NCBI GenBank assembly: GCA_963514005.1
Contig: OY740812.1
Coordinates: forward strand, 10,602,001-10,666,000
DNA from: Raja brachyura
Lineage: Eukaryota
Direction of reading: 5' to 3'
Length of the DNA stretch: 64,000 nucleotides
Positions 50,660 to 63,652 of this stretch are shown one piece after another. The notes under the pieces were generated by a model, which saw only the letters and a program-made list of their open reading frames with translations, was not told the origin of the DNA and did not search any database. The position numbers and the translations under genes were made by a program. Within the stretch, counting starts at the first letter, position 1, and every line of letters begins with the position of its first letter.

Positions 50660-51125
50660 ATTGAGAGGAGACCCCATAGAAGTCCATACAATTAGATGAT
50701 GCATAGATGGGGTGGACAGTCAGAACTTTTTCCCTTGGATAGAAATGTCAAAGAGCATAGCTTTAAGATGAGAGAGGCAAAGTTTAAAGGAGATGTATGG
50801 GGCAAGTATTTCATAGGTGGGCATTGGTATGGAGTTTGTATGTTCTCCCTGTGACCACATGGGTTTTCCCTGGGTACTCCTGCATCCCAAAGACCTACAG
50901 GTTTGTAGGCATGTATTCCAGGTGGGTGCCTGGAATGCAGATACAATAATGACATTTAAGAGTCTTTTGAATTGGTGCAAGGATATGCAGAGAAAGGATG
51001 GATATTGATCCCGTGCAGGCAAACGAGATTAGTTTATCTTGGCACCGTGTTCAGCACAGATATTGTGGATCAAATGGCTCATTTCTGTGCTGTACTGTTC
51101 CATGTTCTATATTTTATGTTCTATT
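50660..51125 (+). mobile_element. Old CR1-clade 3' fragment interrupted by a SINE core (50820-50910)
   Basis: Similar to 13980-14350. The insert ggagtttgtatgttctccctgtgaccacatggg is the reverse of the SINE core at 49500-49590. Confidence 0.65.
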
Positions 51126-52854
51126 AATTTGTAATAGATCAGATTAGTAGGAATTCTGCTAATATTCGGTGTTCTAATAGCTAATTTCACCTGGGGCATG
51201 TCTTATCTGATTGTCAAAGCTCTGCTGGCCCTTGCTTTTGAAGATGAAATTTCAGGAACTTGTTGGTATTCTTGAGCTGTATTTGTTCATCATGAAAATC
51301 ACTGTTAGCAAATGGCAGCCAAACTGGCACTTCACCCACCCTGATGGGTACTTTATGTATTGGTGGGTTTGGGAGCGGAATGTGTCTCCAGCTCTGTGTT
51401 CATTGAGGCAGGACCAGTAGAGCTGTGCAGTGGACTCTATGTTGTGCAATACTGGACTTTGAAGAGGTTGACTGCATGCATTGGACTGAGGGGTGGTGGA
51501 AATCGAGAAGGATAACAGCCGAGAGCTTTATCCTGAGTTTCATCCAAAGGCCCGAGTGTAAAATGTGACAAACAATATTAATGGCTTGTTGTCGGCCTAC
51601 CATAGTATGGAAAAATGTTCACAAGAGGAGAGAGGGCGGAAGAAAAACCACAAGAAAACATGGAACATAAGTTAAAGGGAGGAAAAGAAGAAGAGGAAAT
51701 GAATATGAAGGTGACCAAGGTCAATTTGACAAAAGAGAGTAATATGAATGTTGGAAATCCAAAATACATATATATGCACATCAAATATAATTCATAACCC
51801 CCTGCAAAATATATATATATATCATGGACAAATAGACATAGCTTTCACACCTTATGTATTATATACTACATTTAGAGTTGGTGGTAATAGACTTTCTAAT
51901 ATGTTGCTTTGGTTATAAACATTAGCCACATACTTGTGAAGTAGTTGCAGGTGTTTGCTCGACCAGCTCAGATTCAACATTAAACAATGGAATATCCTGA
52001 GTGTCTGCCATCAATCATCAAAACTTTAGATTTAAGAAATCCATTCTGAATTATTAGAAACAAGAACAATGCATTGGGAAATTAACGATGGGATTCTGAG
52101 GCCACAGTAAACAATTAACGCTGTCGGCAAAATCCCTAAAGTTATGTTTAAGCAACAATAGTACAATTGCTTGTTATTATGATGAGCCGCGGATGAATTT
52201 CCTAATACATGTCCTTGCTAAAATGGCTATTTGTGCAGATTCTGAAATGGGGAATGGCTGTGGTAAAATAGAATTGGGCAGAATGGGACATTGCGATTGA
52301 GTTAATCGGATGGCTGAGCTCCGTTACACATCGACCAGGGCAGTATCCCGCCTTTTCCCGAATGCACAGTTCAGGGACAGTTGACAAACGCCTTCCACTT
52401 TAGAGCTTTCTTGATTAGTATTTGGGCAGTTTGACTCTATTATCAACGAAGACTATTGTCTTTAATAATTCACATAATAAGTAATGTTTCCCTTGAATTA
52501 AAATGGCCCTGAAAGGTAAAGTCCTCAACATTTAAAATTCTCTTTTGAGTTGATGCCCTTTTTATAATAAAAAATATATAATCCCAGATATGTATCAAAC
52601 CGAAGTTTGAAGACCAGAAAGCCACGCTGATCAGCAACCGAGTGACTAGATCTGTGTCAGGCCAAAAGTGTGACATATTAATATTGTGAGGGTCAATTTC
52701 CACCTGTAACACCTCGACAATAACCACTCGTTACTTCCAAAGGAAACAATGATGGCAGTGGGCTGAGGAGCGAATTCAACACAATTCAGCGCACTTTGTA
52801 TCTGCTTGGTTTGGGTGTGAGAGGGTATAGGGGTCAGGCCGCCACTGTGTTATA

Positions 52855-53080
52855 GTCATATAGTGATACAGGGTGGAAACAGGCCCCTCGGCCCAACTTG
52901 CCCACACCGGCCAACATGTCCCAGCTACACTCGTCCCACCTGCCACCGTTTGGTCCATATCCCTCCAAACCTGTCCTACTCATGTACCTGTCTAACTGTT
53001 TCTTAAATGTTGGGATAGTCCCTGGCTCAACTACCTCCTCTGGCAGCTTGTTCCATACATCCACACCCTTTGTGTGAAAA
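52855..53080 (-). mobile_element. CR1-clade LINE 3' fragment
   Basis: Minus ORF remnant VWNKLPEEVVEPGTIPTFKKQLDRYM. Confidence 0.8.
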
Positions 53081-53444
53081 ACATTTGTTAGACTGACAGA
53101 TTGTTAAAAGAAAATTGTCTAAATCGATAACAACATAATTTTACAACCATTGTTATTTAATAATAGTTTTGGAATTAAAGTAAACAGAATATGCCCATGG
53201 ATTAATCCGTGTCTACGCAGGTTAGGCAGACCACGGTCTACCTGTCGCCTTCACTTCGCTGTCAAGATTTCCCCTCTCACTCAACATTCAGTGTTCCATC
53301 GGCTTTCGCTCTCGGCCATGGCGCTCAGCTATAGATCTTGATTTTGACATTTAAAGCAACTAAGAAAAAAATCAGATCCATTGTCTTCGTTTTTATACGG
53401 ATGCAAAATGCTGCGAGGGGCCTAAGTATTAAACTAATAACCGA

Positions 53445-53710
53445 GACAGGTACAATAACAACATTTAAAAAACAGGTACATAGATAGGAAAGGTTTAGAG
53501 CGATGTGGGAAACATCTCCTATTCCCTTTCTCCAGAGGTGCTGTCTGACCTGCTGGGTTCCTCCAGCTTTCTGCGCCTATCTTTGAAAAATATAAAGGTT
53601 CACAGCGATGAGGCCAAATGCAGGCAACTGCGATTCGGTTAGATAGGGCATCTTGGTCGCCAGTGGCTGATGGGCCTGCTTCTATGCTGCATGGTTCTAT
53701 GTACGACTCT
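53445..53710 (+). mobile_element. CR1 3' fragment with a nested Penelope-like terminal repeat (53510-53583)
   Basis: Insert flanked by aaaggtttagagcgatg / aaaggttcacagcgatg. Confidence 0.65.
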
Positions 53711-53897
53711 ACCACATGGAATTGAACGAATTGGCTGTTGGTTTGGTTGGTGTTTAGGGCGATACCTGGCAGACCGTACATTTTAGTTTGGGACAGAAAT
53801 GGGCACCGTTGTGGGACAGTGTTTGCGCTGCGACTGGGATTGATCCTAATACTCAGCGAGAACCCCTGATCTTTCCTCCCGCCTCGACCTTAACCAT

Positions 53898-54013
53898 GAC
53901 GTAAAACGTCGCCTATTCCTATTTTCCAAAGATGCTGCCTGACCCGCTGAATGACTCCAGCATTTTGTATCTCTCTCCGGTGTAAACCAGCACCTGCAGT
54001 TCCTTCCAACACA
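53898..54013 (+). mobile_element. Penelope-like terminal repeat with tail
   Basis: aaacgtcgcctattcc...gatgctgcctgacccgctga...gtaaaccagcacctgcagttccttcc. Confidence 0.75.
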
Positions 54014-55005
54014 TACCCGTGATAACTCCTCGATTCTAAGTAACGCGAGGACTGCTAAATTTCCTTGGACCTCGTATAAGCCGAGTGGGACGGGTAGATG
54101 GCGGATCCCACCTTGGGGTCAAAGCTGAAAATGATTTTGCTTATTCTATTAAGGCTGAAACTGCTGGTAATTAGGTGCACACCAATAAAATTAACATTTG
54201 TGTGCCGCTGCGACCCGCCGTCCAAAAGCCAACTGATGAAATGGAGTGAGAGCGAGCACTATTTGCGCAGTTACAGGTAAACAATGCAAACGGTATCATC
54301 GACCAAAATCGGACTTCATGGGTTTTCAGACCCACCGTGTAACTCGAGCCGTCTTTAACAGGTGAGACTCGAATTATACTTTGAGGGCACGTGGCAAGAG
54401 GCAGGGTCGCGCTTGAATAACTTTTACCTGGATGTTTAAACATTATTGTTTACGTTTCGATTTCAATTGGTTGGCCTTGGATTATATTTGGCGACAGTGT
54501 TACATATGACAAGGTGTTTCAATGAGGGACTGATTAATCTCATTAATCGAGGCTATTTGATAATGATTTCTTTTCTAATCCGTCTAGGAATCCGTTCAGA
54601 CGTCCTACATGTTCTGTGAGGTTAGTCTCGGCTCCTTTGGGCACACTCTCTGAAGCTATTAACAGCCAAGCATAAATCACGTTGCTCTCCCTCCGGCTCT
54701 GTATCAGGCTCTGGTTCACTTTTCTCATTCTCTCCCTTGTAATATGACAACGTGTTTCAAGTCTTTGCTTGATACAACATTGCTGAGCTTCACAGCCTGT
54801 CGTTGCTACTGAATAGATTATTTGGGACATGTCTGAGAGAATAGAGTGTGTTACAACCACGCACACAAATATAGTTTCTTGCATTCACGTGTAAAATTGT
54901 TAATACAGAATTGCTTCTTTCAATATATCATATTTATATATATGTATATATACAAGGAAGCAATTATCTTTTAACAATTATATACGTCTGTGTGTGTGTT
55001 TTTTC

Positions 55006-55278
55006 NNNNNNNNNNNNNNNNNNNNNNNNNNNNNNNNNNNNNNNNNNNNNNNNNNNNNNNNNNNNNNNNNNNNNNNNNNNNNNNNNNNNNNNNNNNNNNN
55101 NNNNNNNNNNNNNNNNNNNNNNNNNNNNNNNNNNNNNNNNNNNNNNNNNNNNNNNNNNNNNNNNNNNNNNNNNNNNNNNNNNNNNNNNNNNNNNNNNNNN
55201 NNNNNNNNNNNNNNNNNNNNNNNNNNNNNNNNNNNNNNNNNNNNNNNNNNNNNNNNNNNNNNNNNNNNNNNNNNNNNN
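55006..55278. other. Assembly gap (273 N)
   Basis: Run of n. Confidence 1.
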
Positions 55279-56414
55279 AATATTTCCAGCAATATTATTA
55301 GATAAACGAATACGTAGGAAACTGAGTGCTGGAGCAAACCGTTATATAACTAGAAACACGAATGTGTGAATACTCAGGGAGGTTAGTGATGTGTTACACT
55401 GGCAGACCGGCTAAACAGATCATAGGTACATGAACATTTGGACACACGCACATTTAGCCAAGCAAAAACAGACGATGCGTATGTGCAATGCATGCTTGTT
55501 CTAAGGTAGGGCAATACTCTATTGGACTGTATGTAAGAAAATACTGAGGTGGCCATAGTTATTTGTTGCCGATATTACCTATCCAGTGGCGTTCAGTCTC
55601 CCCCCCCCCCCCCCTCCACCCCAAAGAGGTGACAAAGATCGGAGGTGCTTGGTGTGACAATCATACATTTAACTCTGCTCTTCACAAAGCCCCACTGATG
55701 TCAATGCCTTCACCATGCCTTCTTCTAACGAGCACAAACCTGGGCCGACTATAATCAGGGAGAATCGCGTCCTCGCTTTCATGCCTCCTCACACCTCCCC
55801 AACAAGAAAAAAAAGTCTGAGTTCATAAAATCCACATTAATGACGTGTGGAAAGTAGAGCTGCAGGAACCTGAAAGAGCAGCTGCTTGAAAGAGCTTCTG
55901 GGTGACAGCTTCGAGAACTGCCCAGGATGATTTACATTACACTGAGCAATGTTATACAGCTTTTAACTGGCACGTTTGCTATGTTGATGGAGCGCTGTCG
56001 CTTCTGGTCTTTTCTCTCTTTATTTACTTTATTTTCTCGCCCCCCACCCCCCATTTCTCCCCTCTATCTCGCTATTCCTACAAGTGAGTTCGTTTTCAAC
56101 CGAAGCTCGGCTCTCTGTCCCAATATCAATTAGTAACGAGCGCTACAACCTCCTCCCCGGGAGTTCTGTGCCCCGCAGTCAGAAATGTCTTGGACACTCA
56201 GTAAAATCGAATTCCATTCCATTTCCATTCCACCGAGAACATGTTGGCATTTTTCACATTTCCTGAAAAACATCTGCAAAAGTCTCTTTACCAGGGATAT
56301 CTTGCAGTACAAGGGACCGATAACCCTCTATTACAACAATGTAGTTATTAGTTTAATCTAAATATTTTGTTTCCTGCTAAATTGTCATTGACAGGTCCGT
56401 CCATCTTTGCTGTA

Positions 56415-56538
56415 AAAAACGACACAAAGTGCTGGAGTAACACACCGGGCCAGGCAGCATCTCTGGAGAACGTGAATATGAGTTATTCCAGCAGTAGGTG
56501 TCTTTCTTTGTGAACCAGCATCTGCAGTTCCCTGTTTC
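56415..56538. mobile_element. Penelope-like terminal repeat, short fold-back
   Basis: gacacaaagtgctggagtaac...gagttattccagca...gtgtc...aaccagcatctgcagttcc. Confidence 0.65.
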
Positions 56539-58997
56539 TTCGTATTTCTGATATGTCATTTGTTATGTTAAAGCATATCAGTACAATTCCTATCGATCTC
56601 AATTCGGTTTAATTGCACTCGAGTTAATGATCCACCCTCGCGACGTTGCGAAGGCGTGCACAAGTTGAACGTTGAATTGGCGCAGGGACACGGAGAATGG
56701 GGAAAGGGTGGGATAGGATGGGACTGCGCCACTCCTTTGGAGGATTAATTAACCAACTAGTATTAATTCTCACCCAGGGCGATTGTGTCACGGTCCGCTT
56801 GCTGGGCAGTGATATATGTTACCTAAATAGGGGACACTTGGGTGTTGTACCCCGATAACTAACGAGGGATATCTGGCGATTATCCGTACAGTTTCTCTCC
56901 TCCACCCCCTAATAATATCGCACTGATCTTGGATCACATTGAACTTGCAGACATTACTCATTGTTTCTACGTTAAAGATAAAAATTGAAACGGGGCAAAT
57001 CACAGAATGCCGGAGGAACCCAGAGGTCAGGCGGATCTGCGGAGGGAATGGACGGATAACGATTCGGGTCGGGACTTTTCAAGTGGAGATTGTGTTAGAA
57101 ACACTTTCTTTTATCCAATTCATTGTGACCTGCAGCCATCCAAATTTGTACTGATTACCAAAATGCAATAAAATGCTTTACATTTCAAAGGCAATGCTGG
57201 CACATAAAAATGCCATTTTATGTGCATGAAATAAATCTTGCCTCTCAACACAACTATCTGGTGTATATAGAATATCTTATTGCCATTGTTCTTTTCTAAA
57301 GACACCTTAGAGGGAATCTTCTTAACCCGGTGAATCGATCGGTTAGTACCATTAAAAAAATGCCACTGTTAAGAACATAAATCCATCACAAAGTGAAGGG
57401 ATTTTGTAATAAGATCGAAACAACGGCATAATGGTCCGAATGCGGGTCCCTTTCTTAAACCTCGTCTATCCATTCCCTATGCAGATGTTGCCTAACCCGC
57501 TGAGTTCCTCCAGCACTTTGTGTTTTGTGCAACATTCCAACATGTGCTGTTCCTTGTGTTACTATGTTCAGACGAAGTTTATTTACCGCTAGAATAAGAT
57601 TTACGGAGGTTAGAAACGAGTTACAATAAAATGAACTAACTTTCCGTCCTAACTTAAATTCCTAGTGCTTCTCCGGAAGTCTTGTTCTGATAACTCAGTC
57701 TCACAGCGATCGTTACTCTATCTTTCCCAATGTTGCCTGTTTTAGATTTTACGACTAACACTTACTATTTTAATAGTTGTAACTTCACACAGGACAAGCA
57801 AGTTCATGAAGGTTGGTGGCGGAGTAGCGGAAGGGCGTGACTTGGGGTAATTCCTCTACTGCAAAATATGTCTGCAAGGATGCCTCTGGCATTTGGTGAG
57901 CTGGCACCGGTTTCCAAAAACCATCAGGACTGCAAGGACACAGAGTCAAATTAGTTTGATCCCCTCCGTTATCTGTTTGGTACAACAATTAGTTAATAAC
58001 GAATTGTTTACAACCCGCTTTCTTATGCGCATTGCGCGGAATATATCATCAGGATATCGCATCTGCCATGGTATTTGCTATGAGTACCAAAAGGATTTCA
58101 TAATAGTCAAATCAGGAATCAATTAAATCGCCATTTAGGTTCCATATTCGCACATTTTTTAATTATTAATATCCACTTCCCCAGTGTCTGACTAAGTAAT
58201 ATAGAACACTTTATCATGACAATGGGCAACTTTAATATTATTTAGCAAATCTTATCTTCAAACTGTTTAAACTCATCGTGTTTATTGTGTGTACGCCAAC
58301 GTTAACATGTAGACAGCACACGGGTAAAAAAGGGGTTATTGAGCGATGATTGACCACAATTTGCACAGTTCAAATGTCCTTCATTCAGAACGGTTACTTG
58401 AGTCTTTTTTGTTTGTTGCAAACCTGCATCTGCAGTTCATTGCATCTCCTCCACCAACACAGTTTCTGTTCCATAAATTGGCATTCTGATGTGATTAGTA
58501 CTGTAATTAATTGAATAATTATTTTATCACAAAATTACTTTAAATATTTAAGTGAGCTTTTGTTTGTTTCAGGAAGACAAAATTGGGTTTGCATTAATCT
58601 TGTTTTTGCAATCTTCTTTCTTCTTTAATGCCTTGCATAATTTTACGTGTAAATTATGTGTACGTGTGTTTATCTGCGTCTATGTGCCTGTGATGCTGTT
58701 GCAAGTAAGATTTGTATTGCACCACTACCTCACTGTACGTGTGCGTATGATAATTAACACAACTTGATTTGATGCAGTTAATCATTATTGGGGAATGACG
58801 GTGGTGGTGGTGGAGGAGCGGGTTAGTGGGGAGGCGAGGGCACTAGATTTCTTCTACCCTTTACTCCAACCAGTGGTTCCAGATAATCGCGTTTGTCCAA
58901 TTTTAGGAACTCTACCACCAGGGTAAAACCCCATCAACCTGTCAACTCTGCCTTAATATTCTGTTTGGGGAACTCAAGTCTAGTCTATACAAAATAG

Positions 58998-59172
58998 GAA
59001 GATAGGCACAAAATGCTGGAGTAACTCAGCGGGTCAGGCAGCATCTCTGGAGAAAATGAATAGGTAACGTTGTGGCCAAGGCCCTCCTTCAGACAGCATC
59101 CACCTCCAAAATATTCCAGCATTTTGTGTTTATCTTCGGTGTAAACCAGCATCTGCAGTTCCTTCCTACACA
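58998..59172. mobile_element. Penelope-like terminal repeat, asymmetric fold-back
   Basis: Minus-orientation body followed by the plus-orientation end and tail. Confidence 0.75.
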
Positions 59173-59925
59173 TCCAGTGTACACTGACCCTGTTCTTTGT
59201 CGCAGTTTATCCATGGCCCTAGACCACTTTGGTCTTGACGCTCTTTATCTGAAAACTGTTAGACTTTTTGGATCTGAGACATTTAGAACTATTCGAATGT
59301 TTGTCACTCTAACCCGTAACTAATTCTCATAGAAAGCATCTTCTGCTCAGTTGTCACCGTGTTTATTCCACGTTACTAATACTAGTCGTTTGGTTATTCA
59401 GCAAATAAACGACGTGGCTTGAATTTAGTATTGTCACCTATGGAATTTTGCACATTTTATTTTTGAAACGGAACAAGTCCAGATGACCACAGTCATTGCA
59501 CAGAACAGAAAACTTCCAACATCGACGAAGAGCATCGATCTTTTTACATGTTTTTACAGGAATAGAAATACAGCATCTTATGAACGACTTAAATATCCAT
59601 GGCACAATCTCAGTCAATTCAAAGATATTTGGTGCCTGGCACAATGCCACCTTTACAGAAATATATATTTTTTAAATTGAAAAAAACAAGTTTGGCACCT
59701 CTGTGGAAAGACAGAGAAAAGGTAATATTTTAGGTATAAACATTTGCAACGAAACTTTCCTTCCGTTGGAACTGTTTTTCTCTCTCCACAGATGTTGCCT
59801 TACACGCTGCGTACTTTCACCATTTCCTGATTATATTTGTCATTTTTCTTGGAAAGTTGAAAACCTGGAAATATTTGAATTAGTATTTCAGTGATTTGCT
59901 GTGCCCAACCACAGTTACTGGCAAA

Positions 59926-60106
59926 ATGTGTAGGAAAGAACTGCAGGTACTGGTTTAAATCGAAGGAAGACACAAAATGCTGGAGTAACTCAGCGGGACA
60001 GGCAGCATCTCCGGAGAGAAGGAATGGGTGACGTTTCAGGTCACCCATTCCTCCTCTCCAGAGATGCTGCCTGTCCCGCAGAGTTACTCCAGCATTTTGT
60101 GTCTAC
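59926..60106. mobile_element. Penelope-like terminal repeat, fold-back insertion
   Basis: ~65-bp arms around gtgacgtttcaggtcac. Diverged TSD ccacagttactggca / ccacggtcattagca. Confidence 0.8.
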
Positions 60107-61284
60107 CCACGGTCATTAGCAGTTGGATATTATCACCTACCCGGATCCCCATGACTTGTATGACTTGTCCACTTGTCAGTTGTGAGGCGTTTGTTACACG
60201 TGCCCAATGGGTATCTTGCTGACAAAGCAATGGGTTGTATTGAATCCTGTATGGTTGACCAGAGCTGTGTGAAGTTCACATATAAGACATTACCACCTCC
60301 ACAGTTGAGGAGATGATTTGCTATTTTCTAATGGGTCCAAAGAGACCGAGAGAAACTGCCAAAGCACAGACTGTGTCCCGCACCCTCGCGTATCTCATAG
60401 TGGTGGCGGTAGATGGAGGGGGGGGGGGGGGGGGGGGGTCAAGTGGAAAGAAAGGAGTACAAACATGGAGTTGGACCAGGGTGGGGAGCAATATGGAGGG
60501 TAGAATAAAGTTGCATTGTTGTTGCGCCGAATAGGCCCACGTGTGATAATATTAACCGATTATAGAATAACTGGTCAGAATGGCTGCACGTTCCGTCCTT
60601 GGTTTGTTGCTGGGAAGCACATAACAACGTCCGATAAAATATAATGCTTATTTAATGTAATTAAAGTTAATGGCCATGTCGGTTTTGAGGGAGTGGTATG
60701 CGTATGTGTGGAGGGTGGGTGAAGAAGTGCGAATACTGAAGGGACTTGTAGGAGATGTGATTATGTGATTAGTCGCCAGATTGAGATTTGGTTGTAATTT
60801 TATGTAATCATTTTGAGGTCATTTTTGAAAAGAATAATATTCTGACGCGGAAGGGAGGAAACCCGCGCGTCGTCATATCCTATCCTAGGTATAGCCCGGA
60901 CCACAAAGCATTTGTCGTTTTATTTAACATGGCGCAGGTCGGGGAGTTATTGCTGATGGATCACTGGGCCAACTCGGTGCCTCTTCAAATTGTGCCTTGT
61001 TAGATAAGGCAAAGTCAGCTCCATTCAATTCCTCGCGTGAACGGCGATGACATGGACCACTCAGTTCTCCATGAGTACTGAAGTGGTGAAGATTGAAAGA
61101 ATAACTCCAACGGGGGAAAATGACGAGGAGAAGGGTGAGGGGGGGGGGGGGGGGGGTAGATTGAGCGTGCAAAGGACTTGATGAAAGAAAATAAAGGGCC
61201 CTGATAACTAATAGCAGATAGAAGAGGATTTTAATATTTATTTTTTAATAACAGGTTATTAAAGGTATATTAAAGGTTCACATA

Positions 61285-61525
61285 ACAGGTATCTGAGGGG
61301 GTAACCTTTCCACACACAGGGTGGTGGGTGCACGGAACGAGCTGCCAGAGGAGGTAGTTGAGGCGGGGACTATACCAACGTTTAAGAAACAGTTAGACAG
61401 GTACATGGGTAGGATAGGTTTGGAGAGATGTGGGTCAAACGCGGGTAGGTGGAACTACTGTAGACGTGACATGTTGGCGGGTGTGGGTAAGTTGGGCCGA
61501 AGGGCCTGTATGACTACGACTCTAA
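61285..61525 (+). mobile_element. CR1-clade LINE 3' fragment with CpGs retained
   Basis: RVVGARNELPEEVVEAGTIPTFKKQLDRYM. Confidence 0.8.
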
Positions 61526-62366
61526 GAAATTGGGAGCGAAGTTAGGAAGGGCATGAAGGCACGTCGATATTTTAAACCTTTTCTTCCTGAGTGGCCGCTA
61601 CGTGTAAATTTTGACATCCTACGAAACCTCGCCATGCATTGTACAGAAAGGGTTTAACTTTCGTCGCATGTATCCGGTGTTCAGGGAATCCCACAGACAT
61701 TCACAACAATGAAGGTTCAATGTTAGTTTAGCCACAGTTCAGGCAAAGTGGCAGCCAATTTGCTAACGGAACAGTTTGCCAAGGAATCCCTTACCAAACA
61801 CCTGTGTCCTAGTACTAGTAAACACATTCATGGTGGAGTTGGATTAGTAGAATATCCAACCTGTGTCAAATAGGTTGTGTAGAAAGGGATAAAACGAGTG
61901 TTGTCCAAAACGGTTTGTAACCTGAATATAATGCAACATGACACCTATAGCCAACAAGCCATAATGATATGACAACTTTAAGTGCCTCACATTATCGTGA
62001 GGCGCAGGAACCTGTAGAGCAAAGCATGAATGCAACATGTGTTACATTTTCTATGGATATCCTTTACAGATATTTTATACACTTCACATTTAACTGCCTT
62101 TCCCTCCCCACGACAATAAATTGTGATCTGAGTGAACTTGTTTTCTCCATTTCCCGTCCATCTCAATGCCACCGGCATCCCCCCCATGTTCCACAGCGCT
62201 CCGCCTCCATTACCCGACCCAGCACATTCAATGTTCGCAAGTTCAGTATTGGCTGCACATTCTGACGCTTTCACCCTTAGATATATCACACTGCGAAGCA
62301 TCCTTTGCTCAGTATCTTTATTCTGCCAATTCCTCTGGATTGATGTTAGTCAGGTACTTCCCAATC

Positions 62367-62965
62367 TGTGCAGAAAGACACCGCATATGCTACTTTATAC
62401 CGAAGGTAGATACAAAGTGCTGGAGTAACTCAGAGGGTCTCGGAGCATCTCTGGAGAAAAGGGATGGGTGACGTTTCGGGTGGAGACCCTTCTTCAGACG
62501 TTTGACCAGAAACGTCAACCACCATTTTTCTCCAGAGATGCTGGGTGACCCGCTGAGTTACTCCAGCACTTTGTGTCCATTTCCTTAAACTGTCTGGCTT
62601 GGAATAAACATCAATTTCTTCAGTATCTTTATTATGCTAATTCCTCGGCATTGATGTCACTCAGCCATTTCCTTAAACTGTGAGAAAGAAACCGCAGATG
62701 CTGGTTTATCCCGAAGAATGACACAAAATGCCATGGCAACTCCGCGGTACAGGCAGCATCTCTGGATCGAAGGTATGGGTGACATTTCAGGTCTAGACAC
62801 AAGGACCTGCAGATGTTGGACTCTTGAGCAAAACAGAAAGCCCTGGAGGAACGCTGCGGGTCAGGCAGCATCGGGGAAGTTTGAAGAAGTGTCCCGACGG
62901 GAAACATCGCCTGCCCATTCCCTGCCCAGTCAAGAATTGACCCGATGAGTTCCTCCAGGACTCTG
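62367..62965. mobile_element. Cluster of Penelope-like terminal repeats (fold-back 62367-62577; further pieces 62680-62965)
   Basis: Family motifs in both orientations. Intact minus-strand hammerhead core at 62470-62497. Confidence 0.75.
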
Positions 62966-63652
62966 TATTTTAAATTCAATGTTGCCTCATGCGGGATTTT
63001 GCATAGCTTGCATAAGGCGGATACGTGCACTGATGATAGACACGCGCCTCGATGAGAAACATTAAATTAGTACACATACCCAGGCACGAACATGCATCAA
63101 TGAACACATACATTCATATGTGCAAAGGTAAGACATACACCACAAGTGCACGATACACGCAATGCAAATGTAGGCGGGCATGCATAATCTATGTAAACAT
63201 AGACAAAACACATACATATCCAATGGCACGTGTTTGCAGGCACGCTTATCGCACAAAGAATGATTGTTCTTTTAAACAGATGACAATATAAACATTTGTG
63301 TTATTTCCGCTGCAAAGAAAGTAAAATGCGAACTTTTTAAAGTATCAAATTGTGATGAATGCACATGTCAGTGATGCTCAGGGACTTCCAGCATCGCTGA
63401 CCGGATGACATATCTTGATGCCATTTGGGTGAAGATGCCCATTAACATTTGCCAATTCACCGAATGAGTCACCGAACACAATTCCTAGCATGTAACAGGC
63501 GGACGACTCATCGGAAATTCCCCCAAAATGATGAACGTTAACAAGTAATAGGAATGGCTACTTCGCAGCAACCATAATAGGAATGCTGCCTTCAGCTCAT
63601 GAGGCACAGGTCTCCCATTCTGTTTTAGTAACATGTGGCTACCAGATGCAGA

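Noticed and set aside
54911-55369. ORFs spanning the N run
   Set aside because: Artefacts of translating the gap.
1297-62965. Recurrent palindromic repeat as a CRISPR array, REP element or DNA-transposon MITE
   Set aside because: Dispersed, variable in length, no regular spacers and a eukaryotic context. It is continuous with a PLE endonuclease end and has variable 11-17 bp TSDs with an asymmetric tail.
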